Source: Octopus bimaculoides (Eukaryota). Taken from it: 64,000 nt of DNA. A program made the position numbers and the translations under genes. The DNA lies in assembly GCF_001194135.2 (NCBI RefSeq), contig NC_068981.1:65499387-65563386 (forward strand), written 5' to 3'. Within the stretch, counting starts at the first letter, position 1. Every line of letters begins with the position of its first letter. Under the pieces are notes generated by a model. The model had not been told where the DNA came from, did no database searches, and was given only the letters and a program-made list of their open reading frames with translations. Positions 13,701-25,796 of the stretch are shown here, piece after piece.

Positions 13701-16000
13701 TTTAATATTTCCTTCACCACCTACCTCTTTCTCAGCACAACCCTTCCTCCCACTCTTCCAGTGTTCATGTTTATGATCAAATGATGTATGTATGAATTTA
13801 TAAAATTGTATAGGTTAAAGAAAAAGAAAGAAAATACAGAAATATATTTAGAAATATTATTGAATAAAACAGCAGATATAAATATACATGGATATGTCTG
13901 TTCGAAATATATAATAAAATAGTAACAAATAAATTCTATGCACATTACTAACACATATTAAATAAATTGCATACATATCATTGCATACCCATAGGGTATA
14001 TGCACATATTGAAAATCATATGTATTCACATGTAAAGTATACATGCTTCATATTTGATAACTATAAATTTGCTGTTGAAGAAAGAAGCTTACATAAAACT
14101 GCATATTTAACCTTATCACATACATAATGTTAATGTAGAGATGAAATTGGCAAGTTGGCAGAATTGTCAGCACGCCAGGCCAAATGCTTAGTAGCATTTT
14201 GACCATCTTTACTTTCAGAGCTCAACTTTCGCTGAGGTCAGGTTTGTTTTTCATCCTTTTGGGGTTGATAAAATAAGTTCCAGTTGAGCACTGGGGTTGA
14301 TGTAATAGATTTTAAAAAACAAAAAGAAATTGCTAGTCTTTTACCAAAATTTGAAAAACATTTGATGAGAATTTTAGCACTAATAAAAGTAACCATTTCA
14401 AAAAAAGTATATTTCGGTGTAGCCAGTTTAAACAACTAATGCTATCTTTATGAAAGCCGCTTTTGACTACTTTGAATAGTAATGGCTTCAGTCTTCCTAC
14501 CTCCACCCACTTTCTCCATCTTCATGCAGAACCTTTTTAAAAATGTGCTTAGGGAATTGACTCAAGTGAGCCAATAGCATAAATTTTGATAATTCAGTTA
14601 AGTGGTGAAATATTTAATGATGAATGCAAAACATTCTTAATGATTTGAAATTTGCTGTCACTTTGCCTACTGTTAATGATCGAATTATACCCCTAAGCTT
14701 GAAAACGGAACTTTTTGTAAAATTAATTCTAGATTTATTATAATTAACTCCCTTTTGTTTTTTGTTTTGGGGGGGGGGGGGTGAGGCTCACTAATAATTA
14801 CCATTAGGTTTTTGTTTTCTTTCTTCAAATTAGATGCAAATCTTTTAGTGCTCATACATTGAGTCATCCAACAACAGATCAGCAACATTCAATAACCCCA
14901 TATTTTTCCAATCATCCTTGTTATTGATAATAAAGTTTGTGATATATTGTGAACTTTTCTGATATTGAAAGCTGGTTATTACTTATGATGAATTGTACAT
15001 TACCAACTGATCTCTTCTTGCAATTCATTTAAATATGTCTGTATTTAATTTAATTTTTTCCTTTTCTTTTTTTTTCTTTCATCCAATTATTTCCATCAAG
15101 GCTTGAAAAAAAAAGTAATGTTACCATAAACATCATCATTATCATAACTGAATTAACATCCACTTTTCCATGTTGCAGTGGTCAGATGGAATTCATTGGG
15201 GTAAATTTTCTACAGCCAATTACGCTCCTTGTAGCCAGCCCTCGCCTATTTTCAAGTAGTCATATTTCCTCATGACTAGACATGTTTTTACGTAAGATTG
15301 GAAACAAATGACACCACTTGTATGACAGTGACGTTTGTTTATAACTGTTGCATGATATCAAGACAAGCAAACACACAAACACTATACTCAGTTTCTGCCT
15401 ACCAAATCCACTAGCAAGGTTAAGGCTGTAGTGAAAGACACTTGCTCAAGGTGCCACAGAGTGAGACTAAACCTGAAACCATATGCTTGGGAAGCTAATT
15501 TCTTAATCACATAGCCAAACCAGTGCCAGTTATGTATAAATAAATGTACAGCGGTCTATTTATTTTCTTCCATTAAAAAAAAAAAATGATTAGAAGAAAT
15601 ATGACAAAAATGGCAAAATAATTATTAAATAAAAACTTCTTTTTATCTATGCTCAGTTTTATTCACCAAACAAGATTTCCTTGGAAGTTTTAGTACAAAC
15701 TGAGTTCTTCAATTGGAAATAATATTTATTTATTTCGCAGAGTATTTGTACATACATACATATATATATATATATAATAATAAATTATAGGGTAGCAAAA
15801 AAATTTTAGAAATTTTATTTGCCACCAGTGGTCTAGCGAGAGTAAAAAAAGTCAATAGACTATGTATTATTCATTTAAAATGCAGAGATGCCTATAATAG
15901 GACATCTACTCGCTAGAAATAGCAGCAAAAGACTATATACCACAAAAATTAGGGATAACTTCGAAAGGAAATGAAAAATAAAAACTTTTACCAATCTATA

Positions 16001-16078
16001 TTCTGTACCATGGTTTCAAGTCAATTTTAGTAAGATAAAGATTATATATCTTACAAGGTCGGACTATCGTCAGCAGAA
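16001..16078 (-). ncRNA. Type I hammerhead ribozyme motif in ~468-bp repeat unit (left, inverted copy)
   Basis: Reverse complement of the 16841-16916 motif with intact core; differs by a 2-nt indel in the stem II loop region. Confidence 0.75.
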
Positions 16079-16840
16079 ATGACCAGACAACATATGAAGC
16101 ACGAGTCAAATAAGCAACATGGTTCGTGTTCCTATGNNNNNNNNNNNNNNNNNNNNNNNNNNNNNNNNNNNNNNNNNNNNNNNNNNNNNNNNNNNNNNNN
16201 NNNNNNNNNNNNNNNNNNNNNNNNNNNNNNNNNNNNNNNNNNNNNNNNNNNNNNNNNNNNNNNNNNNNNNNNNNNNNNNNNNNNNNNNNNNNNNNNNNNN
16301 NNNNNNNNNNNNNNNNNNNNNNNNNNNNNNNNNNNNNNNNNNNNNNNNNNNNNNNNNNNNNNNNNNNNNNNNNNNNNNNNNNNNNNNNNNNNNNNNNNNN
16401 NNNNNNNNNNNNNNNNNNNNNNNNNNNNNNNNNNNNNNNNNNNNNNNNNNNNNNNNNNNNNNNNNNNNNNNNNNNNNNNNNNNNNNNNNNNNNNNNNNNN
16501 NNNNNNNNNNNNNNNNNNNNNNNNNNNNNNNNNNNNNNNNTAGATGTCCTATTATAGGCATCTCTGCATTTTAAATGAATAATACATAGTCTATTGACTG
16601 TTTTTTTTACTCTCGCTAGACCACTGGTGGCAAATAAAATTTCTAAAATTTTTTTGCTACCCTATAATTTATTAATAATGATAAAACTCTTTTTGGATGA
16701 TTTTCTGAAGGAATTTCGGCATTTTTGTATTAACTGCCGATTAGGTAAACCGCAAATACGCGGTATATTATGAAAAATTAGACATAGGAACACGAACCAT
16801 GTTGCTTATTTGACTCGTGCTTCATATGTTGTCTGGTCAT

Positions 16841-16916
16841 TTCTGCTGACGATAGTCCGACCTTGTAAGATATAATCTTTATCTTACTAAAATTGACTTG
16901 AAACCATGGTACAGAA
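16841..16916 (+). ncRNA. Type I hammerhead ribozyme motif in ~468-bp repeat unit (right copy)
   Basis: Stem I TTCTG 16841-45/CAGAA 16912-16; core CTGACGA 16846-52; stem II AGTC 16854-57/GACT 16895-98 with inner hairpin GTAAGATA/TATCTTAC; GAAA 16900-03; palindromic stem III ACCATGGT 16903-10; cleavage triplet GTA 16909-11. Confidence 0.78.
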
Positions 16917-19481
16917 TATAGATTGGTAAAAGTTTTTATTTTTCATTTCCTTTCGAAGTTATCCCTAATTTTTGTGGTATATAGTCTTTTGCTGCTATTT
17001 CTAGCGAGTAGATGTCCTATTATAGGCATCTCTGCATTTTAAATGTATATATATGTAGAACCAAGTAGAAAATTTTAATACTTTACTTTGTCCTGATACA
17101 TAAAAATAGAAATATTTTGAAATGTTTGTTGATTTTATATTAAAGCATTTTTCAGAATATCCTTTTGGAATTTTTTCAATTTTTTTTTTTCATTTTTGTT
17201 TTTATTACTCATCTTATGAAAAAAATTTCCTACATTTTTTTTCCCTGTGCAAAACTATATATATTCACTATTCTTCCACTAGTTTTCACTCCTGTCTGAA
17301 GATGGGAAATGTGAAACTTGGAATAGTACTTAGGTGAAGTTTTCGTCTTCCAATAAATACGGAAGTCGTGGGCAAATGTCTTCTGCTATAGCCCAGGGCT
17401 GACCAATGTCTTGTGAATAAATTTTGTCAATAGAAACTGCCCATTGTGCGTGCGTCACCCACCAACACACACTTGGTAATTGTTGGTTTATTTACATTCC
17501 AGTAACTTAGTGTTTTGCAAAAGAGACTGATAGAATAAGTACCAAACTTAAAAGTAGGTACTGAGATCAATTTGTTCAACTAAACTCTAGAAGGCAGAGC
17601 CCCAGCATGGCCGTTATCCAATGACTGAAACAGATAAAAGATTAAAACAACTCGTGCAAAAGGTACCAACTCCTCACCATCTAATGTTTTTTTCTTGATA
17701 AAATGGTTTTAACGCTAAAACATTAAAATACAAGGTAAAATGAGACATTAGCTGAAGCAGCCTAACACTGTCAAGTGTTAAATGGATGACAAATTACCAA
17801 TGAAGTAGTTAAGAACACACTTGAAACAAGTATGTTCATTTAAAATTTGAGAGTCAATGAAACACAAACTTAGAGTGATATAATCACTTTTGTAGTAACC
17901 TAGCAAACAATTAAAGCATTGTTCAAGTCACATCAGTAGATTTTTGATCTCGAATTAGTGTTTACATATAACCCTTAATATCTCACATCACCACTATGAT
18001 CATTTTATGTTCACTTTCCATACTAGCATGAGTGAGCCATATGTTATTGCCAACCACTTTTCCCATACACTGATGCTCATATGAGTCATTCTGTTTTTTC
18101 TGGTTTGATGCCCTTCCTAGTGCCAACTACTTTACTGCATTTTTTCATGACATCAACTTGAAAAAGATTAAATAATTCTCAGCAAGAGAGGACCATAGAG
18201 ACTTTACAGCCCTACACTTTCTCTACTCTTCTGCCAAACATTTTTCTGCATGTACAAGACATATTTTTCATGGCACTAGCACCTGAGTGTACCTCTAGAA
18301 GTGGCATGACTTGGCAACCTTCTGATATGGCACCAGCACAAGAGAAAAGGATGTGGACCAAGGAGGAGGGAATACGAGAGCTATAGTGTATTGGGTAGAG
18401 GAACAAGAGTGGTCCAGTGCATCCTCAAGGGTGTCAGGATAATCAGGATGATGCAGTCAGCACAAGTAGTGGGAAGAGAAAAGATAGGCTGCTCTATACA
18501 TATGTAAATGGATATATGAGACACACAGATGCATATACATATATGTATTTAATTTTATATATACGTATAATGGAAAGGTGTATATATTTACATACATAAA
18601 TATGTACACATAATTATCTGCATTTATTTGAGTCTATAGCATAAACTGTAGCTATAAAGATTTTGTCTTTTAATCATTTCCAACATAGCAAGTTCCATAT
18701 TTGCTTTATGTTCTTATGATGCTGAAGCATAGAAAGGGATTAATCTACAGCCTCCAGCTAACCTCACTCTTTTACTTTATAATGAATGCATGCTAAAACT
18801 TAATTAACTTTTCCTCTTTTCGAGCCTAAATCATATTGAAATTAAAGGTGAAACTTTTTTGATTTTCTTTTTAAATAATGAATGTATACTATGAAATTAG
18901 ATTAAAATTAGGTTGTGTTTCATACATATTCAACAATCATCTCCTTACCATTTAATGGTAATTCCTCATAGATTTGTAATCAGCTAACAGTTAGTAGTAG
19001 ATATGTGACCTTGTTTTGTTAAAATTTTAATTGTCCTCCTAGATATTCTCATCAATAGTGCTATCATCATCATCATTTGTGTACTGTTTATATTCTCTAT
19101 TTTCTATACCAGTAATTGGTGGTGGTGGTTGTTGTTTAACCCAGTAGTGGGTGATTTGAGAGAGTTCACTGTTATTTTCAGTTAGTCAAACAATCTTATA
19201 GAGGCTCACCAATTAGCTCGTCCAGAGATTAATCATGTATAGATTGACACTGCATGCATTACCTCCTTTCCCAACCAACCCCATTGACTGTTACAGGATT
19301 TCAGGATAGTTGGTCAACTGATCACCTTCTGACCCAGCCAGCATCTACCAGCATGGAATAATTGATGTTAAAACAATGTGTTTGAACTTCCTTTTTTTGC
19401 ATTTTCGTTCAATATTACTCAATTTCTGTTCTTCTTTAACTGACATTCTAACTTTTTATATTTTTGTTTCTTTCTGTACAG

Positions 19482-19650
19482 TGTGGCTGGTATTGGGGCC
19501 CCTTGACATATGAAGCAGCTAAGGCCCTGTTGGACACCAAACCAGACGGTTCTTTCCTCTTGCGTGATAGTTCTGATGACTGTTATATTCTAAGTTTATC
19601 TTTCAAATCCAATGGGAAAGTATACCACACAAGGATGGAGCATCACAAAG
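19482..19650 (+). CDS. SOCS7: SOCS7-like protein, internal coding exon (N-terminal part of SH2 domain)
   Basis: Acceptor tttctgtacAG|19482, donor 19650|GTAAGA. Translates CGWYWGPLTYEAAKALLDTKPDGSFLLRDSSDDCYILSLSFKSNGKVYHTRMEHHK(G), the SOCS-family SH2 start (GWYWG...GSFLLRDS). 169 nt, phase 0 in, phase 1 out. SOCS family is certain; SOCS7 orthology rests on recalled family motifs. Confidence 0.92.
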
Positions 19651-20890
19651 GTAAGAGAATCATTTCTGAAGCCATTTGTTATTTCACCTCTTTGGTAACT
19701 GTTGTATGGTTATGAACTTTGTAGGTATGGCTGTTTTCTTCAAGTAACTGCTTGATCTTTAGGCAATTCTTATCAAACTGATGTTTATGCATCCTGATAG
19801 AGAGTCCAAGGCACTCCATGACTGTATATGAGGGCATACAAGAATGGAAAGCAGAGAATGTATGCCCTCATTTGGTGTAATTACCAAATGCATAGATAAA
19901 ATGATGTATTGGGTAAAAAATAGAAAAAGCATATGAAAGAGACACAGGGACCAACTGAAAAAAAGATTCTTGGAAAACAAACCAAAGAAGTTGGAAGAAC
20001 CAATGGAATGGTTGTACGATATGTTCCAAGTACCAATGCCACTGCAGGTGATTGAAGCTAGGCATACAAGTGAGAGCAAATGAAAACATAGTGTGTCCCT
20101 GAAAATGGATGCCAAGCTCAAAAAATATTAGATTGTACAAAAAGAAAAAGAGAGAGGTGGGGTGAATAAAAAAAAAATTATTGCTAAATAAAATGACATT
20201 TCCTAATAAAGACTTGAAAGGGGAGTCTCTACTGGTTTTACTAAGTATACTGTATACCGAAGTGGGTATTATAACAATACAACATTTTAAGGTTTATAAC
20301 ACAGAATAATTCTTCAAAAGTCCTTTTTGCATTAATATAACTGTTAGCAACGTAGGTCAGTTGAGCTCAGTTGAATTTCTTAATGTAGTATGTTGCAACT
20401 TCCCCCATCCATCTTTCACATCTCCCATCTCTTCTCAAAAGCCTTCATCCACTGCATTCATTATAATTCCTATACCTGACCCTATTGACTACCATGGCTC
20501 AGGAATTCCAGAATAGATTGACTTTTGATCTGCTGTTAATATTTACTTGCTGCCCAGATGACTCTGAGTAGTTGAAGTGCGCATGCTCAGCTAACTGAAC
20601 AGGATTATGTTACATTGTGTCATTTTTAGGGTAGTGCTCCCTGAATATGCTCCTTTCCTTTAAAAAAATTTTTCTAAAACATATAAAACAAGCTATATAT
20701 AACAAAAGATATCCTCAACAAAATAGCAAAGATAGTATTAAAATATATATGAAAAGTAATTTGTTGTAAAATAGAAAACTGAAAATTTTATATATCAGTT
20801 GAATACTAAAGAGACTTGTGAATCACACTTGATCTTAGGGTTTCAATATATAAACACTATTACAATATAAAGTATTTTTGTTGTATTTGT

Positions 20891-20932
<42 letters not shown>

Positions 20933-21049
20933 GCAACTAAATATTTTTCAGCTTAAGATTAAATCTCCACAAACCTATTTAAGATACTTGCAGGGCTTCA
21001 AAGCTCTAATCCAGTACATCAGAGAAGTCATATCAACACATATATATAT

Positions 21050-21459
21050 GCAGTAGTATTATTCCTTTCATGGGACTGTCACATTAAGTTGACAGCATAC
21101 AACTACTTTATCGCATCACTACTGCATTGATCTCTCTGAGAGATTTTGAAATTTATTATTTCTATTTTTGAAATCAGTGAATGTGTTTCACTAGAATTAA
21201 TATATCTTTACGAGAGCTTGACAGGCATCTCCAACTAGCAGGCCATTGCTACTCCAGACTGATGACGAGCAAAGACTTAGAAACATGTCTCTGGATGCAG
21301 GCTTAGCTAAGTGGAGGTGCTTCTCTCCTCCTTGTAAACATAAGGACACAGCAAATGTGTCAAAGCCGACAGGAAGCGGTGCTGCTTCCTGGGGCTAAAT
21401 AGCAGTAGTATTATTCCTTTCATGGGACTGTCACATAAAGTTGACAGCATACAACTACT
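21050..21459 (+). mobile_element. Retrozyme-like element: 352-nt monomer plus 58-nt terminal redundancy, inserted in (TA)n
   Basis: Direct repeat GCAGTAGTATTATTCC...ACAACTACT at 21050-21107 and 21402-21459 (1 mismatch); internal hammerhead motif and many hairpins; (TA)n on both sides. Confidence 0.7.
21253..21295 (+). ncRNA. Minimal type I hammerhead ribozyme motif
   Basis: Stem I TCCAGA 21253-58/TCTGGA 21290-95; CTGATGA 21259-65; stem II C-GAG-caaaga-CTT-A (C.A mismatch at base); GAAA 21280-83; palindromic stem III ACATGT 21283-88; cleavage triplet GTC 21287-89. Confidence 0.78.
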
Positions 21460-21672
21460 ATATATATGCATATATATATGTGTGTGTGTGTGTATGTGTA
21501 TGTGTGTATGTATATATATGTGTGTGTGTGTATGTATATATATATATGTGTGTGTATGTATATATATGTGTATATATGTGTGTATATATGTATGTATATA
21601 TATGTATGCATATATATGTGTATATATGTGTGTATATATGTATGCATATATATGTATGCATATATATGTATG
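21460..21672. repeat. Compound (TA)n/(TG)n microsatellite
   Basis: Direct reading; source of the cluster of spurious ORFs at 21307-21853. Confidence 0.9.
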
Positions 21673-21673
21673 T

Positions 21674-21908
21674 ATTATTTCTTTACTACCCACAAGGGGT
21701 TACACACAGAGGGGACAAACAAGGACAGACAAACGGATTAAGTCGATTATACCGACCCCAGTGCATAACTGGTACTTATTTAATCGACCCCAAAAGGATG
21801 AAAGGCAAAGTCGACCTCGGCGGAATTTGAACTCAGAACGTAGCGGCAGATGAAATACCGCTAAGCATTTCACTCGGCGTGCTAACGTTTCTGCCAGCTC
21901 GCCGCCTT
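21674..21908 (-). mobile_element. Young tRNA-derived SINE, family A
   Basis: Minus strand reads GGCGGCGAGCTGGCAGAAACGTTAGCACG (A-box-like)...GAGTTCAAATTCCGCC (B-box); CpGs retained. Many older copies occur elsewhere (e.g. ~14140-14350, ~36840-37050, ~38590-38825). Confidence 0.8.
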
Positions 21909-22289
21909 ATATATATATGTTTATATTATAAAGAGTTTTGTTTGTGGCAGCAAACAGCATTTATTATTATATAGTCACACAGTTTGCTGTTGTTGCTATA
22001 TACATTGCATGTAAAAAATACCATACTAAATCACAAGATAACATTGGTTAATTAAGTTACACAAACTGGTTGCAGATCTATAGAAACTCTTCAAGAAAAC
22101 CCATTTGAATCTCTAGTTTATTACATCTTTCTCTCTGCCATTAGCTTTAATTTGATTAACACCACTCACCTGCAATGTTTTCTTTTAAGCTCTTCATATT
22201 TTTCATTTTATGGCATCAATTGACTCTATTTATCTCTTACACTAGTGTAATTATCTATTTTCTCTTTATTCATAATCTTGTAAATACAA

Positions 22290-22322
<33 letters not shown>

Positions 22323-25300
22323 TTACATGTGAACATGTGTGTATTGGACTGATCTACTTATAGCTGCATTCTTCTGGAACCCCTTTTCCGACCTATATTC
22401 TTCCTTCAACAAATGATTCTCCAAGAGCTCAAACTGATTGTTAACTCTATTAACTGCATTCAGCTGTCCCCCATCCGCCAACATTGAGAAGCTTAATAAG
22501 GCTATGGGCAGCACTATCCTTCCCCTTTCAATTAAATCATTAACATAAAATAATTTAGAACAGTTATAAATGTGGGCAACACATAGCAATATGTTTCTAT
22601 AGGAAGAGGAAATGGCAGCAAACTGGCTGAGTTGCTTGAGCATTGGATGTAAATGTGGTACTTATTTCTAGCTCCTTGCATTCAGAGCTCCAGTCTTAAG
22701 ATCAACTTCCCTTTTCATTTTACCAGGGTCGATAAATAAAGGAATTAGTAGAATTGCCAGGGTGCTTTGCAGTTTTTGTTCCATCTCTTTGCAATATGTG
22801 TTCAAATCTCACCCTAACCCTGCCCTTCTTGGGTGACAGATTCAATTCTTAGCTTGGTTTAATGTCACAATCTGGTTTTTGGATACCTCCAGCAGAATCC
22901 TCTGGTGCAACTATTCAGGCCAGTTTGGCAGTTCCTTCTTTCTCTCTCTACCAGTCTCAGATGCCTTGAAAATAATCACAGGTACACCTTTTCCTTTTGA
23001 CCAGACAATGAAAAAGAAAAAAGAAAAGAAAAAACAGCTGTTGCAGGAAGAAGTCAAATGCATTTTAAATTGGTCTGGTTTTGTTAAAAAAAAAAATTAG
23101 TGTTTTTTCCTCTTTCTTTTTTTTTTCATCCAAATAGACAAGCAGAAATAATCACCATACACCTTACACTTTTACTAGTTTCAGTCATTGTTCTATGGCC
23201 ATACTAGAGCATAGGCTGATTGCATCAACTCCAATAATTATTAGCCCCCAAGATGACCTTGATTGAGCAGATCTATAATCAAAAGCATTCCTGCTACAAT
23301 TTTCACTGTCTCATCTTTTTCCCCTTTTTTTTAAAAACATAAGTGTGCCCTGGAATGAACTACACTGTCCAATGTCTCCTTTTTTTTATGACAGTAGAAT
23401 GTATGTAAAAGAAGAATTTGGTTGCTATTTTTAGCAAGTCAAGTTGTTAGCTCTAAACTGGTGATGGTAGTGATAGTTATAGTTTAGCATTCAATCAATT
23501 ATTTTTCACATTCTAACTTTCTTAGCACATTATTTATTGTGGTTGGTGTAACTGTTGCTGTTGCTGTGGTTCTTGTTTCGTAACCCCCCCCCTCCACATC
23601 ATCATCATCATTATTATGTTATAGATAGCTTGAATAACATTATGCTTTCAAAACTGTAGCTACTTGGCAGATAATACCAACCAAAAAAAAAAAATTGAAA
23701 ATAATAAAATAAAGAAAAATCTTTTTAATAATTAGCTAACGTAGCTATTCTATTTGCTAATCCTGTTGTAAATGAGTTATTATAAATGAAATGAAGCAGA
23801 TAGATATAATAAAGTGAAGAAGAAGAAGAAGAAATAACAACAACAGCACCACCGCTTGTTTACTTTGAAAGCTGCTTTATTTGGATGATTTTGTTGTAGT
23901 TGAAATTCTAGATGCTGCTAGCTATTTTCAAGCTTTAATGTTTGTTTGTTAATGCATATCTCTAGGTCCACTTTTGATTTTCTAATATCTTCTATATTAT
24001 TAAACGGAGGTGGTGGAGTGCTTTGTTTTACACCTGATATTCTTGTTGATAATGTTGGTCTCTGTTTATCTATCTATCATGTTTATTGGTTGGTTTACCT
24101 AGCAACATTATTTCCCTGTAGTGACTTCAGTGACAATGTATTTATAATTATATTAACTTGCCAAGTATAGCTTTTTCTTTTTTTCTTTTTTCACCATGTA
24201 TATAGATAAAAGTAATGACTACACACCTTGTACTTTTACTGGTTTCACTCATTGGTTAGTTGCCACGCTGGAGCATAGTTATTTTCATTAACCCCAATAC
24301 TTATTTTTCTTGATCTTGGAAAAATTCAGAAAGGCAAAATAGATCTCAATGGGAGAACATAACAAAAACCCTTTAAAGTTTCCATTTCCCCTATTTCATT
24401 TGCATGGCTTGGGTCTACCAAAAGCTGAAGGTACTTTCTCCAGAAACTACTTAATTATAGGGTATACTTCTTAACTGTGCAGTCATGTTACACTTTTGTC
24501 CCTTTGTTTCAGCAAGTATATACTGCCATTTGATCCAAATAGTTGTAGGATAGAATTGCCTGTTCCTTCATCACATTTTTCTTTGTATTTTTCATACTTT
24601 TCTGTGATACATGATTTTCCTTCTTAAATCAAATCTCAAAACAAGGAAAGCAAAAACCTGTGAAGTAGGTAAAATATTAGAAAATGCTCTATATATATGT
24701 GTGTGTATATACCTTACTTCCTGGAAGTATATCCAATTGACCGCACTTGTAATTCAAAGGACCAGCCTTGGTGCACATTGTCTTATTGATTCTGCATGTC
24801 TATGATATATTCAACCACATGCTAATTTAATGATTTAGTTTATCAAACAACTGACATATTCTTTGTCAAAACCATTGGATATTCAATAACTTATATATAA
24901 GTTGATGTATGTGTATAGATGCAAACACATACACATACACACATATAGAGTGAGAGGTAACCATGTATCTTTTCTAGAGCAAAACACCTGTCCCTGTCCA
25001 TCTATCATACTTTAACCTGTTCACACCTGGCATAAAGCCCCTCTCTGGAGGGAGCTTCTTTTTCTTTGTCTTTGGCAACCTTCACTTTGTGCCAGTGTCA
25101 TGAAAAAAGGACACCTAGTACACTCTGTAAAATGGTTGGCATTAGAAAGATCGTCCAGCCATAGGAACCATGACTAAGCAGATATTGGAGCTGGATACAA
25201 TCCTCCAGTCGGTTGGTTCTTGTCAAGCCATCCAGTTTGTGCCAGCATGGAAGATGGATGTTAAACAATGATGATGATAAACACATAAACGTATCAAGGC

Positions 25301-25796
25301 ACACAAATACAGACATACAATATAACAGCTCCCTATACATGGCATTGCTGAAAGAATTACAGTGATATTTATTAAAATTTTCATTCAGATGTGAATGATA
25401 TGAAGAATCTTTCAATCCCTTCAGTTTCAAAAGCTTGGCAGAATATATAAAATTCCAATGGTGGGTGGTGTTGTCAGGAAATATAGTTGGTTGTATGGCA
25501 ATAGAGATGTTAACCTAACTGCTTTGTGCTTGTGAAGAATGGTTTCAAATTTTAATAAAATTTGTTCTGAAGAACAGGAGAAGAGGGAAGATTGGCATGA
25601 TTGATAAAACAGGGTGCTAACTGTTTTCAAAGGATATAAATAAGAACATTTTGTTGTTGTAAGGTGTTTTGTGTGTGTGAGTGAGAGAGAAAGTGAGCAA
25701 GGAAGTAATTAAAAGCAGAATATAAAATAATTAATATGTGATAAGGAGGGTAAAAGTAGAGTAATAAATAGAACTATCATGATCAGAAACGAAAGA

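Larger units (their letters stand above)
15778..17045. mobile_element. Hammerhead-bearing ~468-bp repeat, two arms in inverted orientation across an N-gap (16137-16540), embedded in (TA)n
   Basis: In the right arm TAGATGTCCTATTATAGGCATCTCTGCATTTTAAATG occurs at 16541 and again at 17009 (period 468). The left arm 15778-16136 is a near-identical reverse complement of the unit. Confidence 0.7.

Noticed and set aside
16079-16574. Long ORFs over N-gaps (also 39285-40484, 41686-42585, 43718-44149)
   Set aside because: They are open only because N runs contain no stop codons.
17291-17365. CTGAAGA...GAAAC followed by AATAAA
   Set aside because: Stems I, II and III do not pair, so it is not a supportable hammerhead.
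21307-21853. Cluster of overlapping ORFs rich in YI/CV/HT
   Set aside because: Translations of (TA)n/(TG)n microsatellites and a SINE; the same applies to ORFs at 4299-4818, 35917-36234, 44860-45137 and 52656-53140.
22323-22643. 106-aa minus-strand ORF in unique sequence, and a possible cryptic + strand exon after ttatAG at ~22363
   Set aside because: No recognisable domain, weak pyrimidine tract, and an early stop in the spliced frame.
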